Shown: positions 16,968 through 27,418, counted from the stretch's first letter. The stretch: 64,000 nucleotides of DNA from Treponema sp. (GCA_009777335.1 WRMC01000010.1:31890-95889); one strand, 5' to 3'. Notes: a model not told the origin generated them from the letters alone. A program made the numbers and translations.

Positions 16968-17339
16968 TTATAGGATATGCTTCTCTATGCAAGCCATAAG
17001 GACAGGAGGATCGAAGGGTTTTACTATATAATCAACCGCTCCGGCTTTACGTCCCCTTTCTTCGTCTTTTTCGTCTGCCATTCCGGTCAAAAAAATGACC
17101 GGAATATCCTTTGTATCGGGGGAAGCCTTTAAAATTTCCAGGGCCTCGTACCCGTTCATTTCGGGCATGTCAATATCCAGCAGTATAAGGTGGGGGCGGT
17201 TATTTTCCATGAGGCTGAAAAGCTTTTCCGCCGAAGGTGCGGTAGCAACTGTGTATGTGCCGCCCAGTACGTTCTTTCCAATGCGTAAATTGGCAGGATT
17301 ATCATCCACTAAAATCAGGAGTTTTTTATCTGTTTCCAT
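16968..17339 (-). CDS. stand-alone receiver (CheY-like single-domain response regulator)
   Basis: 123 aa with LILVDDNP, LILLDIDMPEMNG, VIFLTG and IVKPF, so all canonical receiver positions are present. There is no output domain. The SD is AAAGGAG. Confidence 0.9.
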   Translation of the reverse strand: METDKKLLILVDDNPANLRIGKNVLGGTYTVATAPSAEKLFSLMENNRPHLILLDIDMPEMNGYEALEILKASPDTKDIPVIFLTGMADEKDEERGRKAGAVDYIVKPFDPPVLMACIEKHIL

Positions 17340-17366
17340 CTGCAGGCTCCTTTATCCCCGTTTTCC

Positions 17367-20255
17367 CTAACCTAAAAAATCTTTTAACAGATCCCCTGCC
17401 TTTTGAAATTCTGTCATGAGTACCTCGTCCGAAATTTTTTCAAGAATCCTCCGGGTCCCCATATCTAGGTCTTCTTTCTCTAAAAGATCCAGGAGCCTTT
17501 CTATATCATCGGCCCTGCTTGTTTCCAGAGCTTGGGCAAGATCCTTTATCAAACCATAATATGAAGATGCCTGTATGTCTTTATCGGTCCCTGTATCCGG
17601 CAAAGTATCATTGTTATAGGGTTCCAGGGCGGTTTGGATGACCTTTACAAGCTTAACAAGGTCATCGGTAAAATCTGCAAGGTTCTCTTCGATAAACGAT
17701 ATATTGGCTTCTCTTCCGGCCGATTCTAGCTCTTCTGCTTTTTTAGACAGGCCGCCGGCCCCTATAGAAAATGAAGCGCTCTTTAAGGCGTGGACCTGGG
17801 TTGTAAAGGAAAGCAGATCCTCCTTTTGTGGCAATGATTGCAATAAGGAGATTCGATCCTGGGCATCTTTGCAAAACATGGTTAGGACTGTCAGGTAGCC
17901 TTCTTTGGTCCCCCCGGTCATGGTAATGCCCTGGGCAGTGTCAAGGCCGGTTATGTTAAACGGAGCATCAACTTTTGCTGCACTCGGGGCGGCAGCTTTG
18001 ATTTCTATAGGTGATAACCCTGTTTCTCTTTTTGATTTTGGTATCCATTTATCCAACATCTCATCAAGTTTTGATATATCTATGGGTTTTGCAAGGAAAT
18101 CACTAAACCCGTGCTGGATAAACATATCTTGCATTCCGGAAACTGCATTCGCCGTAAGGGCTATGATGGGGATCTTCTGATATTTTTCGCCCTCCAGGGC
18201 CCGGATGGTTGCAGTAGCTTCTATGCCGTCCATTTCGGGCATCATGTGATCCATAAAAATAATGTCGTAGTCTATGCGTTTTACCAGTTCCACCGCTTCC
18301 ATGCCGGTCAAACAGGTATCCAGCATGGCCTTATAAGGGGCAAGAAGACCCTCTGCTACTTTTAGGTTTACCGATATATCATCTACCACCAGGATTCGGG
18401 CTTGGGGAATGGTAAATCGAATAGCCTTGGCGGCCGCATTGGAGTCATAGTAATCTTGCTTGTCATTAATACCGTTTAGGGTGTTTGCAATGGACAGGGA
18501 CTGAACCGGCAGGGAAATATACCGTACATTGGGTATGTAGCTCTCGGTTCCCCATTCAACCATGAGGGCCAATGAGGGGGCTTTCCCTTCGTAATGTTCT
18601 ACGGTTTCCATCACCGGTTTTATTCTGTCGTATAAGCCATAACCCGAAAAAATGTAGAACCATTCTTCCTGGTTTAAGGCCTTTGCAAAGGCATCCTGAT
18701 TAGTAACTACCCTGTGGGGCACCTTCATGTTATCCAGGGCCCAGCTAAGAGAATCTGCATACACTGCCCGCCCTTCGTAAATAAGGACCTTTTTTTCTTC
18801 CGGGTTTTTTACTTCTGCAAAACATTCGGGAGATAAGATGCTCTGGGGTATAATAACCGCAAATTCACTGCCCTTTCCGTAGGTACTGTCTACATAAATA
18901 TTACCGCCCATGGCCATACAGAGCCGTTTGGTGATGGCCAAGCCCAGGCCCGTCCCTTCCATGGCTCTGTTTCTGGCCAGGTTGACCTGGGTGAAATCTC
19001 CAAAGAGCTTGCCCATGTCTTCGGGTTTAATACCCTGGCCGCTGTCGCTGACGCAAAATCTAAGCCAAATTTCGCTGTCTGCCTTGTCAGGATGTAGTTC
19101 CAGCCCCTTATGACGGGTTATGGACATGCTGATGTGGCCTTTTTCGGTAAATTTGGCCGCATTGGATAAAAGGTTTAATAAGATTTGCCGTATCCGGACC
19201 TCGTCTCCGATTAAGTTATTTGGGATGCTTCCATCAATGTTGGTGAAAAAACGGATAGGCTTATCCATGAGCCTCATTCGGATTATATTTACCGCATCGT
19301 TTACAAGGGAGGATAATAAATAATTAACCGGAACGATATCCATCTTTCCAGCTTCGATTTTTGAGAAATCGAGGATATCATTAATAATGCTAATTAAGTT
19401 TGTTGACGCCTGCTTTATATCCTGCACTTCTGCTCTGGCATCTTCATCCAGATCCCTTCTTAAAAGCAGTTCTGACATCCCCGTAATTGCGTTCATCGGG
19501 GTTCGTATCTCGTGGCTCATGACCGAAAGGAATTGACTTTTCGCATTATTGGCATTTTCGCTCTGCAGGGCCTTTTGGTGGTATACCCATATTCCTATGC
19601 ATCCAGAGAATACCGAAATGACGAGGGAAAAAATCAGGACGATCCGCATGATCCGTATGTTGGTCCGCTGGGATATGATTATTTCATCGCTTAAATCCAC
19701 CCCGGCAGCACAATAGACATTGCCGTCTGCATCAAATACAGGGGCAAGCCCGGAAATGAGGTCGTCATAAGAGGTGGTATAGACCCCCAGATCCGAAGCC
19801 CAGGCATTCCCTGCCATAATGATAGGAACCGCTTCGGCGGTGGTTGGATCTTCGTCGACGTCGAAGATCCATTCGGGGGTAACCATCCACTCTTCGTCTT
19901 CGTCATTGTCGATGATGTATTGAATTTGACCGTCATGGTAGCGCCAGTAGTACACATAGAGGACCCGGTAATCGGCGGCAAACTGCTGCAGCCTGGCTCT
20001 GACCATCTCCCACTCGGGTCTTTCCATATCATCTACAGTGTGGAATAGATCTAGCTCTTCGACACTGATAAAGGTTGAGGCTGCCTGGGCGGCGGCTAAA
20101 AGGTGGTTATGGGTGCTTTCCACCACGGCGCTTTCCATCCGGCTTATGTAGACCGAAACCACCAGGGAGACCAGCAGCATCAATGAGGCAGAAACAAAGA
20201 AAATGGAGAAAACGAACTGGAACCGGTCCGTTATTTTTCGTTTAATTTTTGCCAT
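17367..20255 (-). CDS. hybrid sensor histidine kinase (TM - ~170-aa periplasmic domain - TM - HisKA - HATPase - pseudo-receiver - REC - Hpt - tail)
   Basis: Same core motifs as 13790-16957: [30 protein letters not shown]...[11 protein letters not shown] and [10 protein letters not shown]. The N-terminal sensor is unrelated. The SD is AAGAGGAG. Confidence 0.9.
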   Translation of the reverse strand: MAKIKRKITDRFQFVFSIFFVSASLMLLVSLVVSVYISRMESAVVESTHNHLLAAAQAASTFISVEELDLFHTVDDMERPEWEMVRARLQQFAADYRVLYVYYWRYHDGQIQYIIDNDEDEEWMVTPEWIFDVDEDPTTAEAVPIIMAGNAWASDLGVYTTSYDDLISGLAPVFDADGNVYCAAGVDLSDEIIISQRTNIRIMRIVLIFSLVISVFSGCIGIWVYHQKALQSENANNAKSQFLSVMSHEIRTPMNAITGMSELLLRRDLDEDARAEVQDIKQASTNLISIINDILDFSKIEAGKMDIVPVNYLLSSLVNDAVNIIRMRLMDKPIRFFTNIDGSIPNNLIGDEVRIRQILLNLLSNAAKFTEKGHISMSITRHKGLELHPDKADSEIWLRFCVSDSGQGIKPEDMGKLFGDFTQVNLARNRAMEGTGLGLAITKRLCMAMGGNIYVDSTYGKGSEFAVIIPQSILSPECFAEVKNPEEKKVLIYEGRAVYADSLSWALDNMKVPHRVVTNQDAFAKALNQEEWFYIFSGYGLYDRIKPVMETVEHYEGKAPSLALMVEWGTESYIPNVRYISLPVQSLSIANTLNGINDKQDYYDSNAAAKAIRFTIPQARILVVDDISVNLKVAEGLLAPYKAMLDTCLTGMEAVELVKRIDYDIIFMDHMMPEMDGIEATATIRALEGEKYQKIPIIALTANAVSGMQDMFIQHGFSDFLAKPIDISKLDEMLDKWIPKSKRETGLSPIEIKAAAPSAAKVDAPFNITGLDTAQGITMTGGTKEGYLTVLTMFCKDAQDRISLLQSLPQKEDLLSFTTQVHALKSASFSIGAGGLSKKAEELESAGREANISFIEENLADFTDDLVKLVKVIQTALEPYNNDTLPDTGTDKDIQASSYYGLIKDLAQALETSRADDIERLLDLLEKEDLDMGTRRILEKISDEVLMTEFQKAGDLLKDFLG

Positions 20256-20361
20256 GCTGATACTCCTCTTTCAAGTCTAGCACCTTATCTGGTTTCTTTC
20301 TAGTTTATCCCCTGGCACACCACCTGTCCTGGGTAAACCTAGGTTCTTTCCATTGTTTTTC

Positions 20362-23346
20362 TTATATTTGATAAATAGCCCGTAATCCCATCGTTATCTG
20401 CAGGGCCCTTTCGAAATCTGCCATTAATAGGGCATCAGAAATAAGGTCCAAGGACTCTTTTAAGGTTTCCGATGCGGCATTTTCGGATAATTCTTCCAGC
20501 AAACGGTCCGTTTCGGCGGCCTTTTGTTCTTCCAGGGCTGAGGAAAGGTCCTCCAAAAGGGAGAGAATAAGCTCCTTGGAGGCCTGGGCCTTCGGTGCCT
20601 CCTGGTCTTTAGGGTCCTTTAGAGCCCCCAGGTCCTGAATAAGTTTTTGCAAGGACCCGTAAAAGGTCCTTAAATTATCTTTTATATACCCTCGGTCACC
20701 GGTTTTACCCGCTTTTTCCAGGGCCCCAGCCAAAAGAGACAGATCCAGGGCCCCTATAGAGGCGGAGGCCCCCTTAAGGGCATGGACCTGGGTGATAAAA
20801 GAGGAAAGATCCTCCCCATCAGGGATGGTTTCCAGGAGGCCAAGCCTTTTTTCGGCATCCTTCTTAAAGACATCCAGAACTTTATAGTAAAATTCTTTCT
20901 TGCCCCCCGTCTTGGCTATGCCCTCTTTAACATTGAGGCCGGGAATTTCTTCCAAGAGGGGGGAACCCTCAGTCCCTGGGGTCTCTTCCTTTGGTTCCCC
21001 CCCTCCGGCTATAATTTTTTCTTCCGGAAGCCATTGTAATAATAGGGCTTCTAGCTGGGATACATCAATTGGCTTGGCCAGCATGTCGTTAAACCCCATG
21101 GATAGGTACATTTCTTTCATCCCCGATACCACATTGGCGGTCAAAGCTATGATGGGGATGGGCCCATCTTTTTCCAGATCCCTGATTGTTTGGGTTGTCT
21201 CTATCCCGTCCATGTCGGGCATCATGTGATCCATGAAGATGATGTCGTATCCATGTTCCTGGAAGGCTTCGAGAGCTTCCCTCCCGCTGCTGGCCAGGTC
21301 AATCTGGATCTTATAGGGCAGTAAGAGGCCCTCCGCTACGATTAAGTTGGTGTTGATGTCGTCCACCACCAGAACCCTGGCCTGGGGAGCAGTAAATGGG
21401 TCCCTTAGGTTCCCTGCCCCAGGGCCAAGGGGTTCTGATGCTGCACCATTTAATATTTTTGCGATGGAAAGGGAATGGGCAGGTAAAGTAAGGACAGGAA
21501 GCTTTGCATCCGGCAGATCCATTCCAAGATCGGCAAGCAGCACCACCGGAACCTTTGTATGTATATGCGGGGAGGCAGAAAGGACTTCTTTATAATGGCG
21601 GGAAGCAATAAAGGCAAAGGAATATAGGCCCCCTTCGATTTCCTGACAAAAATCTTCTGCCTTGGAATAATAGGAAAGGGGGACCCCAAGGCTGCCCAGG
21701 GCAGCTATGATGGATTCCCTATGCATGCCAGGGTCCTCAAGGAGGATCACCCGATTGTTTTCGGGTTCCTCCACCGAAGCGATGCTCTCATGGCTGCGTA
21801 TGTTTTGCGGAAGCCTTACGGTAAAGGTGCTGCCCCGGCCATATTCTGATTCTACATCTATGCTGCCCCCCATGGCCTGGACCATACTCTTGGTAATAGA
21901 CAGGCCCAGTCCGGTCCCTTCTATGCCGGTGTTCTTTACGGCATCGACCTGAACAAAGTCCATAAAGAGCTTACCCAGGTCTTCTTCTTTTATGCCCTTG
22001 CCGCTGTCAGAAACCGCAATGCTTAGAAACAATAGGTCCCCTTCCGTATGTCCATTGATGCTTAGGCTGACAAAACCCTTGTCAGAGTATTTTACCCCAT
22101 TGCTTAGAATGTTTAGAAGAATTTGGCGGATTTTAGCTTCGTCTCCGTGTAGGGCATTGGGAATGTGACTGTCCAGGTTAACAATAAATTGAAGATCCTT
22201 AGGCCGTATTCTCATGCGGATTATGTTGATCACATCCTGGATGAGGGTAGAAAATAAATAGTCCACCGGAACAATCTCGAGTTTGCCGCTTTCGATTTTA
22301 GAAATGTCCAAGATGTCATTTAAAATTGAAAGCAAGTTTGCCCCTGCCTGTTGTATTGTGAGAATATGCTCCCTGGCGGTAAGGGTCATTTCCTCTCTAA
22401 GGGCCAGTTCTGCCATGCCGGTGATGGCGTTCATGGGGGTGCGGATTTCGTGACTCATTTTAGCAAGAAAGTCACCCTTGGATTTGGCGGCAGCCTCAGC
22501 TTTTTCTTTTTCATGCTGAGCTACCATGGCCGAAAGCTCTGTTAATTGGGCATGATGCAGCTGCTCAAGGGTAGCTTGCAGGCGGGAAGAGAGGAGGGCA
22601 ATTTCATCATTGCTTTGATTGATGTGGAATTGTACATCCAGATTACCCTGGGAAACTTTTTCTGCTGCTATTCCCACTTCGTAGAGGGGTTTGGCTATGG
22701 ACCGGGTCACTGTAAGGGCCAGAACTATAGAAATAAGCAGGGAAACAGCCACCAGGGACAGCATAAGCAGGGCGTTGTACATGGCATTTTGATTGTTTAA
22801 AATAATTAATTGCTCAGATTGATCCAGGTTTTTATTAAACCCCACGCTCAGGTAGTAAGAAAAGGTATTAAAAATGGGGTTAAAACGGTTAATCATAATG
22901 GAAAGGGCTTCTTCTCTTCGGCCCTGTTCGACAAGAAAAAAGATATCGTACACGGTAGGAAGATAAACATAGGAAAAAATTTCTAACAGGTTTGAGATAT
23001 CCTGCATCTCCCCAGGAGAAAAAACATCGCTGAATGAATCCTGGTTTTCTATGTAATAAAAAAGAATATCCCTTAAACTGTCCATATGCAGTCTGGTGGT
23101 ATCAATAATATGGTTGGCCAGGTCAAGGTCGGTAATGTAAACAATGCTGTATACACCATTTTCTATAGCTGCATTGTGATCATAGAGTTCATTAAAAAGA
23201 GAAACATTATTGATCATTCTGACCGATGAATTACCCAGGGAATCGAGACTTATATAACCGGTGAGCCCAATAATAATGGTAAAAAAGACTATGGTAAAAA
23301 AGGAAAGGAGGAGCCTGGTTTTTATCTTGAATTTTCGAAGCATCAT
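20362..23346 (-). CDS. hybrid sensor histidine kinase (TM - helical periplasmic domain - TM - HAMP - HisKA - HATPase - diverged pseudo-receiver - REC - Hpt - tail)
   Basis: A HAMP-like segment (RSIAKPLYEVGIAAEKVSQGNLDV...NDEIALLSSRLQ), then [30 protein letters not shown]...FMDHMMPDMDG and TQVHALKGAS. Its start overlaps the stop of the binding-protein gene (ATGA). Confidence 0.9.
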   Translation of the reverse strand: MMLRKFKIKTRLLLSFFTIVFFTIIIGLTGYISLDSLGNSSVRMINNVSLFNELYDHNAAIENGVYSIVYITDLDLANHIIDTTRLHMDSLRDILFYYIENQDSFSDVFSPGEMQDISNLLEIFSYVYLPTVYDIFFLVEQGRREEALSIMINRFNPIFNTFSYYLSVGFNKNLDQSEQLIILNNQNAMYNALLMLSLVAVSLLISIVLALTVTRSIAKPLYEVGIAAEKVSQGNLDVQFHINQSNDEIALLSSRLQATLEQLHHAQLTELSAMVAQHEKEKAEAAAKSKGDFLAKMSHEIRTPMNAITGMAELALREEMTLTAREHILTIQQAGANLLSILNDILDISKIESGKLEIVPVDYLFSTLIQDVINIIRMRIRPKDLQFIVNLDSHIPNALHGDEAKIRQILLNILSNGVKYSDKGFVSLSINGHTEGDLLFLSIAVSDSGKGIKEEDLGKLFMDFVQVDAVKNTGIEGTGLGLSITKSMVQAMGGSIDVESEYGRGSTFTVRLPQNIRSHESIASVEEPENNRVILLEDPGMHRESIIAALGSLGVPLSYYSKAEDFCQEIEGGLYSFAFIASRHYKEVLSASPHIHTKVPVVLLADLGMDLPDAKLPVLTLPAHSLSIAKILNGAASEPLGPGAGNLRDPFTAPQARVLVVDDINTNLIVAEGLLLPYKIQIDLASSGREALEAFQEHGYDIIFMDHMMPDMDGIETTQTIRDLEKDGPIPIIALTANVVSGMKEMYLSMGFNDMLAKPIDVSQLEALLLQWLPEEKIIAGGGEPKEETPGTEGSPLLEEIPGLNVKEGIAKTGGKKEFYYKVLDVFKKDAEKRLGLLETIPDGEDLSSFITQVHALKGASASIGALDLSLLAGALEKAGKTGDRGYIKDNLRTFYGSLQKLIQDLGALKDPKDQEAPKAQASKELILSLLEDLSSALEEQKAAETDRLLEELSENAASETLKESLDLISDALLMADFERALQITMGLRAIYQI

Positions 23347-24509
23347 GATCTCCCAATAAGGCTTATGCGATCATATGCTGAGTATTGACCCTCTTTTATT
23401 TGAATGATGTATACATTAATGTATGGGTTATTGTTCTCATCAAATTGTATGGTCCCAAGGATAGTATCCGTTTCCTGGGACTTCATGGCAGCAATTATTT
23501 CGGGCCAGCTGGTAGAACCTGCCTTTTCTATGGCCGAAGATAATAAATAAAGGCTCGTGTATGCCGTAGCAGAACCGGCCAGGGGCATTTGACCAAATAA
23601 TGAATAATAATTTTTTACGAAATCTGAAATTTTTTCATCCGGATCATCGTAGGAAAATGGAGCAGTATAATACACATTCTCCATGGCCCTGGGGTTATAG
23701 ACATAGGTTAAGATACCGTCCCAGGCATCGGTGCCAAGCAGGACTGTGTCGCTCAAGCCCAGGTCATAGGCGGTGTTTACCAGCACCGAAGCGGGGTAAA
23801 AATCTTCGGGGCAAAAAATTATGTCCAGGTTGTGCTCTTTAAGATGCTGTAGTATTAGGTGAAAGTCCTCTTCGGAATTATAGGTTTCATAGGCAATGAT
23901 CTGCCCCCCCAGGGAGCTGAAGGTTTCGGCAAAAACTAAAGAAGCGTGTATGTATGTTTCTATGGACAGGTTGCTCAAAACTGCGGCGGTTTGGGCCTTG
24001 AGCTTGTTAAAAGCAAAGTGAGCCATGACCTGGGCCTGGTAGTCGTCGGTGAAGATGGCCCTAAATACATTGCTCCTGCCCAGGGTTACCGCCGGATTCG
24101 AGGCGGTGGGAGAAATGATCGGAATTCCATGCTGTTCGGAGATCTCTGCCAGAGCTATCGTAGGCCCGGAATAACTGGAACCTATAATGGCCCGTACCCC
24201 CTGGTTAATCAGCTTCTCGTACTGTTCAAGGATAAAGACCCTGTCACCCCTGTCATTTAATACCAGGATGTCCAGCATTTTTCCATCTATCCCCCCAGAG
24301 GCATTTATTTCTTCCTTGGCCTGGTGTAAGCCATTTAAGGCCCTTAAGCCTTCATCAGAAGAATCGCCGGTTAAGGGGAGCAGGGCACCCAGGGTTATAA
24401 ATTCCTGTTCCGGCGGGCGGGGAGTACAGCCGGAAAAGAACATTAATAGAACCCCTAATAAAAAACCTGGGATTATTATGCAGAGTCTTTCAGCTCTAAT
24501 TTTGTCCAT
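23343..24509 (-). CDS. LivJ/LivK-type (type I) periplasmic ligand-binding lipoprotein
   Basis: The start at MDKIRAERL (24509) has a GGGAG SD and overlaps the upstream kinase stop by 14 nt. The lipobox is MFFSGC. LGALLPLTGDSSDEGLRALNGLHQAKEEINASGGIDGK is typical of branched-chain amino acid-type binding proteins. Confidence 0.8.
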   Translation of the reverse strand: MDKIRAERLCIIIPGFLLGVLLMFFSGCTPRPPEQEFITLGALLPLTGDSSDEGLRALNGLHQAKEEINASGGIDGKMLDILVLNDRGDRVFILEQYEKLINQGVRAIIGSSYSGPTIALAEISEQHGIPIISPTASNPAVTLGRSNVFRAIFTDDYQAQVMAHFAFNKLKAQTAAVLSNLSIETYIHASLVFAETFSSLGGQIIAYETYNSEEDFHLILQHLKEHNLDIIFCPEDFYPASVLVNTAYDLGLSDTVLLGTDAWDGILTYVYNPRAMENVYYTAPFSYDDPDEKISDFVKNYYSLFGQMPLAGSATAYTSLYLLSSAIEKAGSTSWPEIIAAMKSQETDTILGTIQFDENNNPYINVYIIQIKEGQYSAYDRISLIGRS

Positions 24510-27303
24510 TTGCGGCTCCCTGGGTGAGCTCAGCAAGTAGTTCTTTAATCTTTGATTCTGCCCTGGGAAATTCGGACAGGAGGATATCATCGGAAATATC
24601 TTCGATAAGGTCTAATGCTTTTTTATCGGTGACTTTTTTTGTTATCATATCGATTAAGCTGTCTATGGCTGCTGTCTTTTGTGATTGTAATGCCCCTTGC
24701 AGGTCTTGTAAAAGAGACAGGTATTCGGGATCACCCGGGTCATTATTATGCTTTTCATCTTCGGTTTGCATCAGCTTTAGGGCGTCTTTAATCTGGGCGC
24801 ATAATATGGCCAGATCTTCGTAAAAATCCTGTATATGTTCGCCTATAAATGACAGATCCCCCTGCTTGCCGGCCCGTTCCAGATCATCAGCTTTTTGCGA
24901 GAGGCTCTCTGCTCCTATGGAAGCGGATGCGCTTTTTAATGCATGCACCTGGGTGACAAAGAGGGTAAGATTATCAGAAGAGGGTAGCTTGGTAAAATAG
25001 GGGAGCCTGTCAACGCCGTCTTTGCAGAACATGGAGAGTACCGAACGGTAGCTCTGCAGGTTTCCGCCGGTCATGGAAATTCCCTGTTCGGTATCGACCC
25101 CAGGAATGCTGATTTTTGCCGGGCTTTCATTGGATATTTTTTTTGCCGCATTGATCGTTTCAAACTCTTTTTTATCCTGGGGGATCCAGTGATCCAGAAT
25201 GTCATCGAGCTTTGAAACATCTATGGGTTTTGGCAGAAAATCATTAAAACCCTTCTCGATAAACATTTCCCGCATGCCCGATATGGCATTGGCAGTAAGT
25301 GCAATGATGGGAACCAGATTCACCGATGCCCTAATGCGTTCGGTAGTTTCTATTCCGTCCATCTCGGGCATCATATGATCCATAAACACAAGATCATAAT
25401 CGTGGGTCTTACACAGTTCTATCGCCTCTTGACCGCTTAAGCAGGTGTCTAACTTGGCTTTGTATGGGGCCATCAAACCTTCTGCTACCTTTAAGTTGAC
25501 CGCAATGTCATCGACAATAAGTATCCGGGCCCTGGGAATAATAAACCGTATGCCTCCCCCGGATATGGAGGTATCAAAATAATCCTGGCGGTCCGATTTT
25601 CCGTTAAGGGTATTGGCAATAGAAAGGGATTGTACCGGCAGGGAGATAAACCGTACATTGGGGATAAAATTTTCTATCCCCCATTCTACCATCAGGGCAA
25701 GGCGGGGTCTTCGTTCACTGGGAAAAACCACCTGCTCCATGATGAGCTTTATTTTTTCATAGAGCCCATACCCGGAAAAAATAAAGAACCATTCTTCTTT
25801 TTGTAGGGCCTCAGTAAAATCCGATTCTGTGTGTACCACCAAATGGGGCACCTTCATGTTATCAAGTGCCCAGGCTACCGAGTGGGCATAGATTTGCCTT
25901 CCTTCGTAGACCAGCACCTTTTTTTGATCCGCCTCCAGTACCGAGGCAAAGGGGGTTTCCTTATCGATGAACTGGGGAAGCAGAATACTAAAGGTGCTGC
26001 CCTTGCCATATTCGCTTTCTACCCTAATATCCCCTTCCATGGCCTGGCAGAGCCGCTTGGTTATGGCCAGGCCCAGGCCCGTACCCTCGACAGTGCGGTT
26101 CCTTGTTCCATCTACCTGGGTAAAGTCGCCAAAGAGCTTTATTTGGTCCTCTTCTTTGATCCCCTGGCCCGTATCGGTTACCGAGATCTTAAGCCATATA
26201 TGCCTGTCATTCCGCTTTTCGGTGGTTACCGACATGCTTATGTGGCCCTTCTCGGTAAACTTTGCGGCGTTGGACAGAAGGTTAATAAGGATTTGCCGTA
26301 TCCTTACTTCATCGCCCACTAAAACATTGGGAATACTTCCATCTATGTTGGTAAAAAACCTAATGGGTTTGTCTATAAGGCGGAGGCGGATTATATTTAC
26401 CGTGTCATTAATAAGGGAAGATAGCATATAACGGACCGGGTGTATTTCCAGCTTCCCTGCTTCGATTTTAGAAAAATCCAGAATATCGTTTATTATGGAA
26501 ATAAGGTTTGATGCGGCCTGCTTTATGTCCTGGATATCACCCCGGGCATCCTCGGGCAGATCTCTCCGTAACAAAAGCTCGGTCATGCCGGTAATGGCAT
26601 TCATGGGGGTCCGGATTTCGTGGCTCATGTTGGCGAGGAAACTGCTCTTGGTACGGCTCGCCATCTCGGCTTCTTCCCTGAGCTCCTGGACCCGTAGGTT
26701 TTGAATTTCAATGAGCCGGTCCTTGGTTTTTCTGGTGGTTTCGACTACCACCATGACTGAAAAGACCAGGGCATAGGTGACAAGCAAATGGGCCGGAACC
26801 GTCATATCATAGTTATACAGGGAAAGACCGGGGATATACATTTGCAGGGAAACCAGGACTACCAGGATGGCAGAAAAGATAATCCCGATTTTCATGCCCA
26901 AAAGCATGATGGTCGTCAGGGGGTACATGTAGACAAAGAGAAAGTTAGTCCCCTCAGCTTCCCCAAGGTAGGTAACGGCCAGGCAGAGCATGCCATAAAA
27001 AATCATAAGCATCAGGGCAGGGACCATTTGGGATACCCTTTTCATCCGGGAAAAGACTATGGTCATGATTGCTATGAGCAGCATAACCCCGCAGGCTGCT
27101 ACGGTGCCGTATTTCCCTTCGTTGAACCTAATAACAATGAAACCTACAAGGATTCCGCCCCCAAATACGCTGATAAAATTGAGTAATACATATCTTATGA
27201 GGTAGTCGGACATGCCAAAATCGCTTTTCCCGGTATATTTACCCGATGTGGCGAAGTTAATGACAAAATCCAGGAGCCGTTCCCTGATCCTGGTTAATTT
27301 CAT
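24496..27303 (-). CDS. hybrid sensor histidine kinase (6-TM membrane-embedded sensor - HisKA - HATPase - pseudo-receiver - REC - Hpt - tail)
   Basis: About six hydrophobic helices in the first 190 aa with no sizeable loop. Then [30 protein letters not shown]...[11 protein letters not shown] and [10 protein letters not shown]. Confidence 0.9.
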   Translation of the reverse strand: MKLTRIRERLLDFVINFATSGKYTGKSDFGMSDYLIRYVLLNFISVFGGGILVGFIVIRFNEGKYGTVAACGVMLLIAIMTIVFSRMKRVSQMVPALMLMIFYGMLCLAVTYLGEAEGTNFLFVYMYPLTTIMLLGMKIGIIFSAILVVLVSLQMYIPGLSLYNYDMTVPAHLLVTYALVFSVMVVVETTRKTKDRLIEIQNLRVQELREEAEMASRTKSSFLANMSHEIRTPMNAITGMTELLLRRDLPEDARGDIQDIKQAASNLISIINDILDFSKIEAGKLEIHPVRYMLSSLINDTVNIIRLRLIDKPIRFFTNIDGSIPNVLVGDEVRIRQILINLLSNAAKFTEKGHISMSVTTEKRNDRHIWLKISVTDTGQGIKEEDQIKLFGDFTQVDGTRNRTVEGTGLGLAITKRLCQAMEGDIRVESEYGKGSTFSILLPQFIDKETPFASVLEADQKKVLVYEGRQIYAHSVAWALDNMKVPHLVVHTESDFTEALQKEEWFFIFSGYGLYEKIKLIMEQVVFPSERRPRLALMVEWGIENFIPNVRFISLPVQSLSIANTLNGKSDRQDYFDTSISGGGIRFIIPRARILIVDDIAVNLKVAEGLMAPYKAKLDTCLSGQEAIELCKTHDYDLVFMDHMMPEMDGIETTERIRASVNLVPIIALTANAISGMREMFIEKGFNDFLPKPIDVSKLDDILDHWIPQDKKEFETINAAKKISNESPAKISIPGVDTEQGISMTGGNLQSYRSVLSMFCKDGVDRLPYFTKLPSSDNLTLFVTQVHALKSASASIGAESLSQKADDLERAGKQGDLSFIGEHIQDFYEDLAILCAQIKDALKLMQTEDEKHNNDPGDPEYLSLLQDLQGALQSQKTAAIDSLIDMITKKVTDKKALDLIEDISDDILLSEFPRAESKIKELLAELTQGAANGQN

Positions 27304-27403
27304 AATGTTTCCTTTCTAGGCTTTAAATATACTTCAATGTGCCAAAAGGTTCAATTCATACCCCCCAAAAATGGCTCAATTATGACAAATTTGGCAAAAA
27401 TGT

Positions 27404-27418
27404 ACCTTGATACAAGGT
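27404..27418. promoter_or_regulatory. 6-3-6 palindrome ACCTTG-ATA-CAAGGT in the divergent kinase-array / XRE-regulator intergenic region (candidate operator)
   Basis: A perfect inverted repeat read directly from the sequence, about 40 nt upstream of the regulator ATG (27459). Nearby is an imperfect direct repeat, GGTTCAATTCATA (27348-27360) / GGCTCAATTATGA (27373-27385). Confidence 0.3.

Noticed and set aside
20256-20361. An imperfect hairpin (GTTTACCCAGG...CCAGGGGATAAAC on the minus strand) in the only sizeable gap inside the kinase array, considered as an internal terminator.
   Set aside because: The stem has a bulge and mismatches and is not followed by a U-tract. It could equally be nothing. 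An internal promoter is more likely here, but I could not define one.
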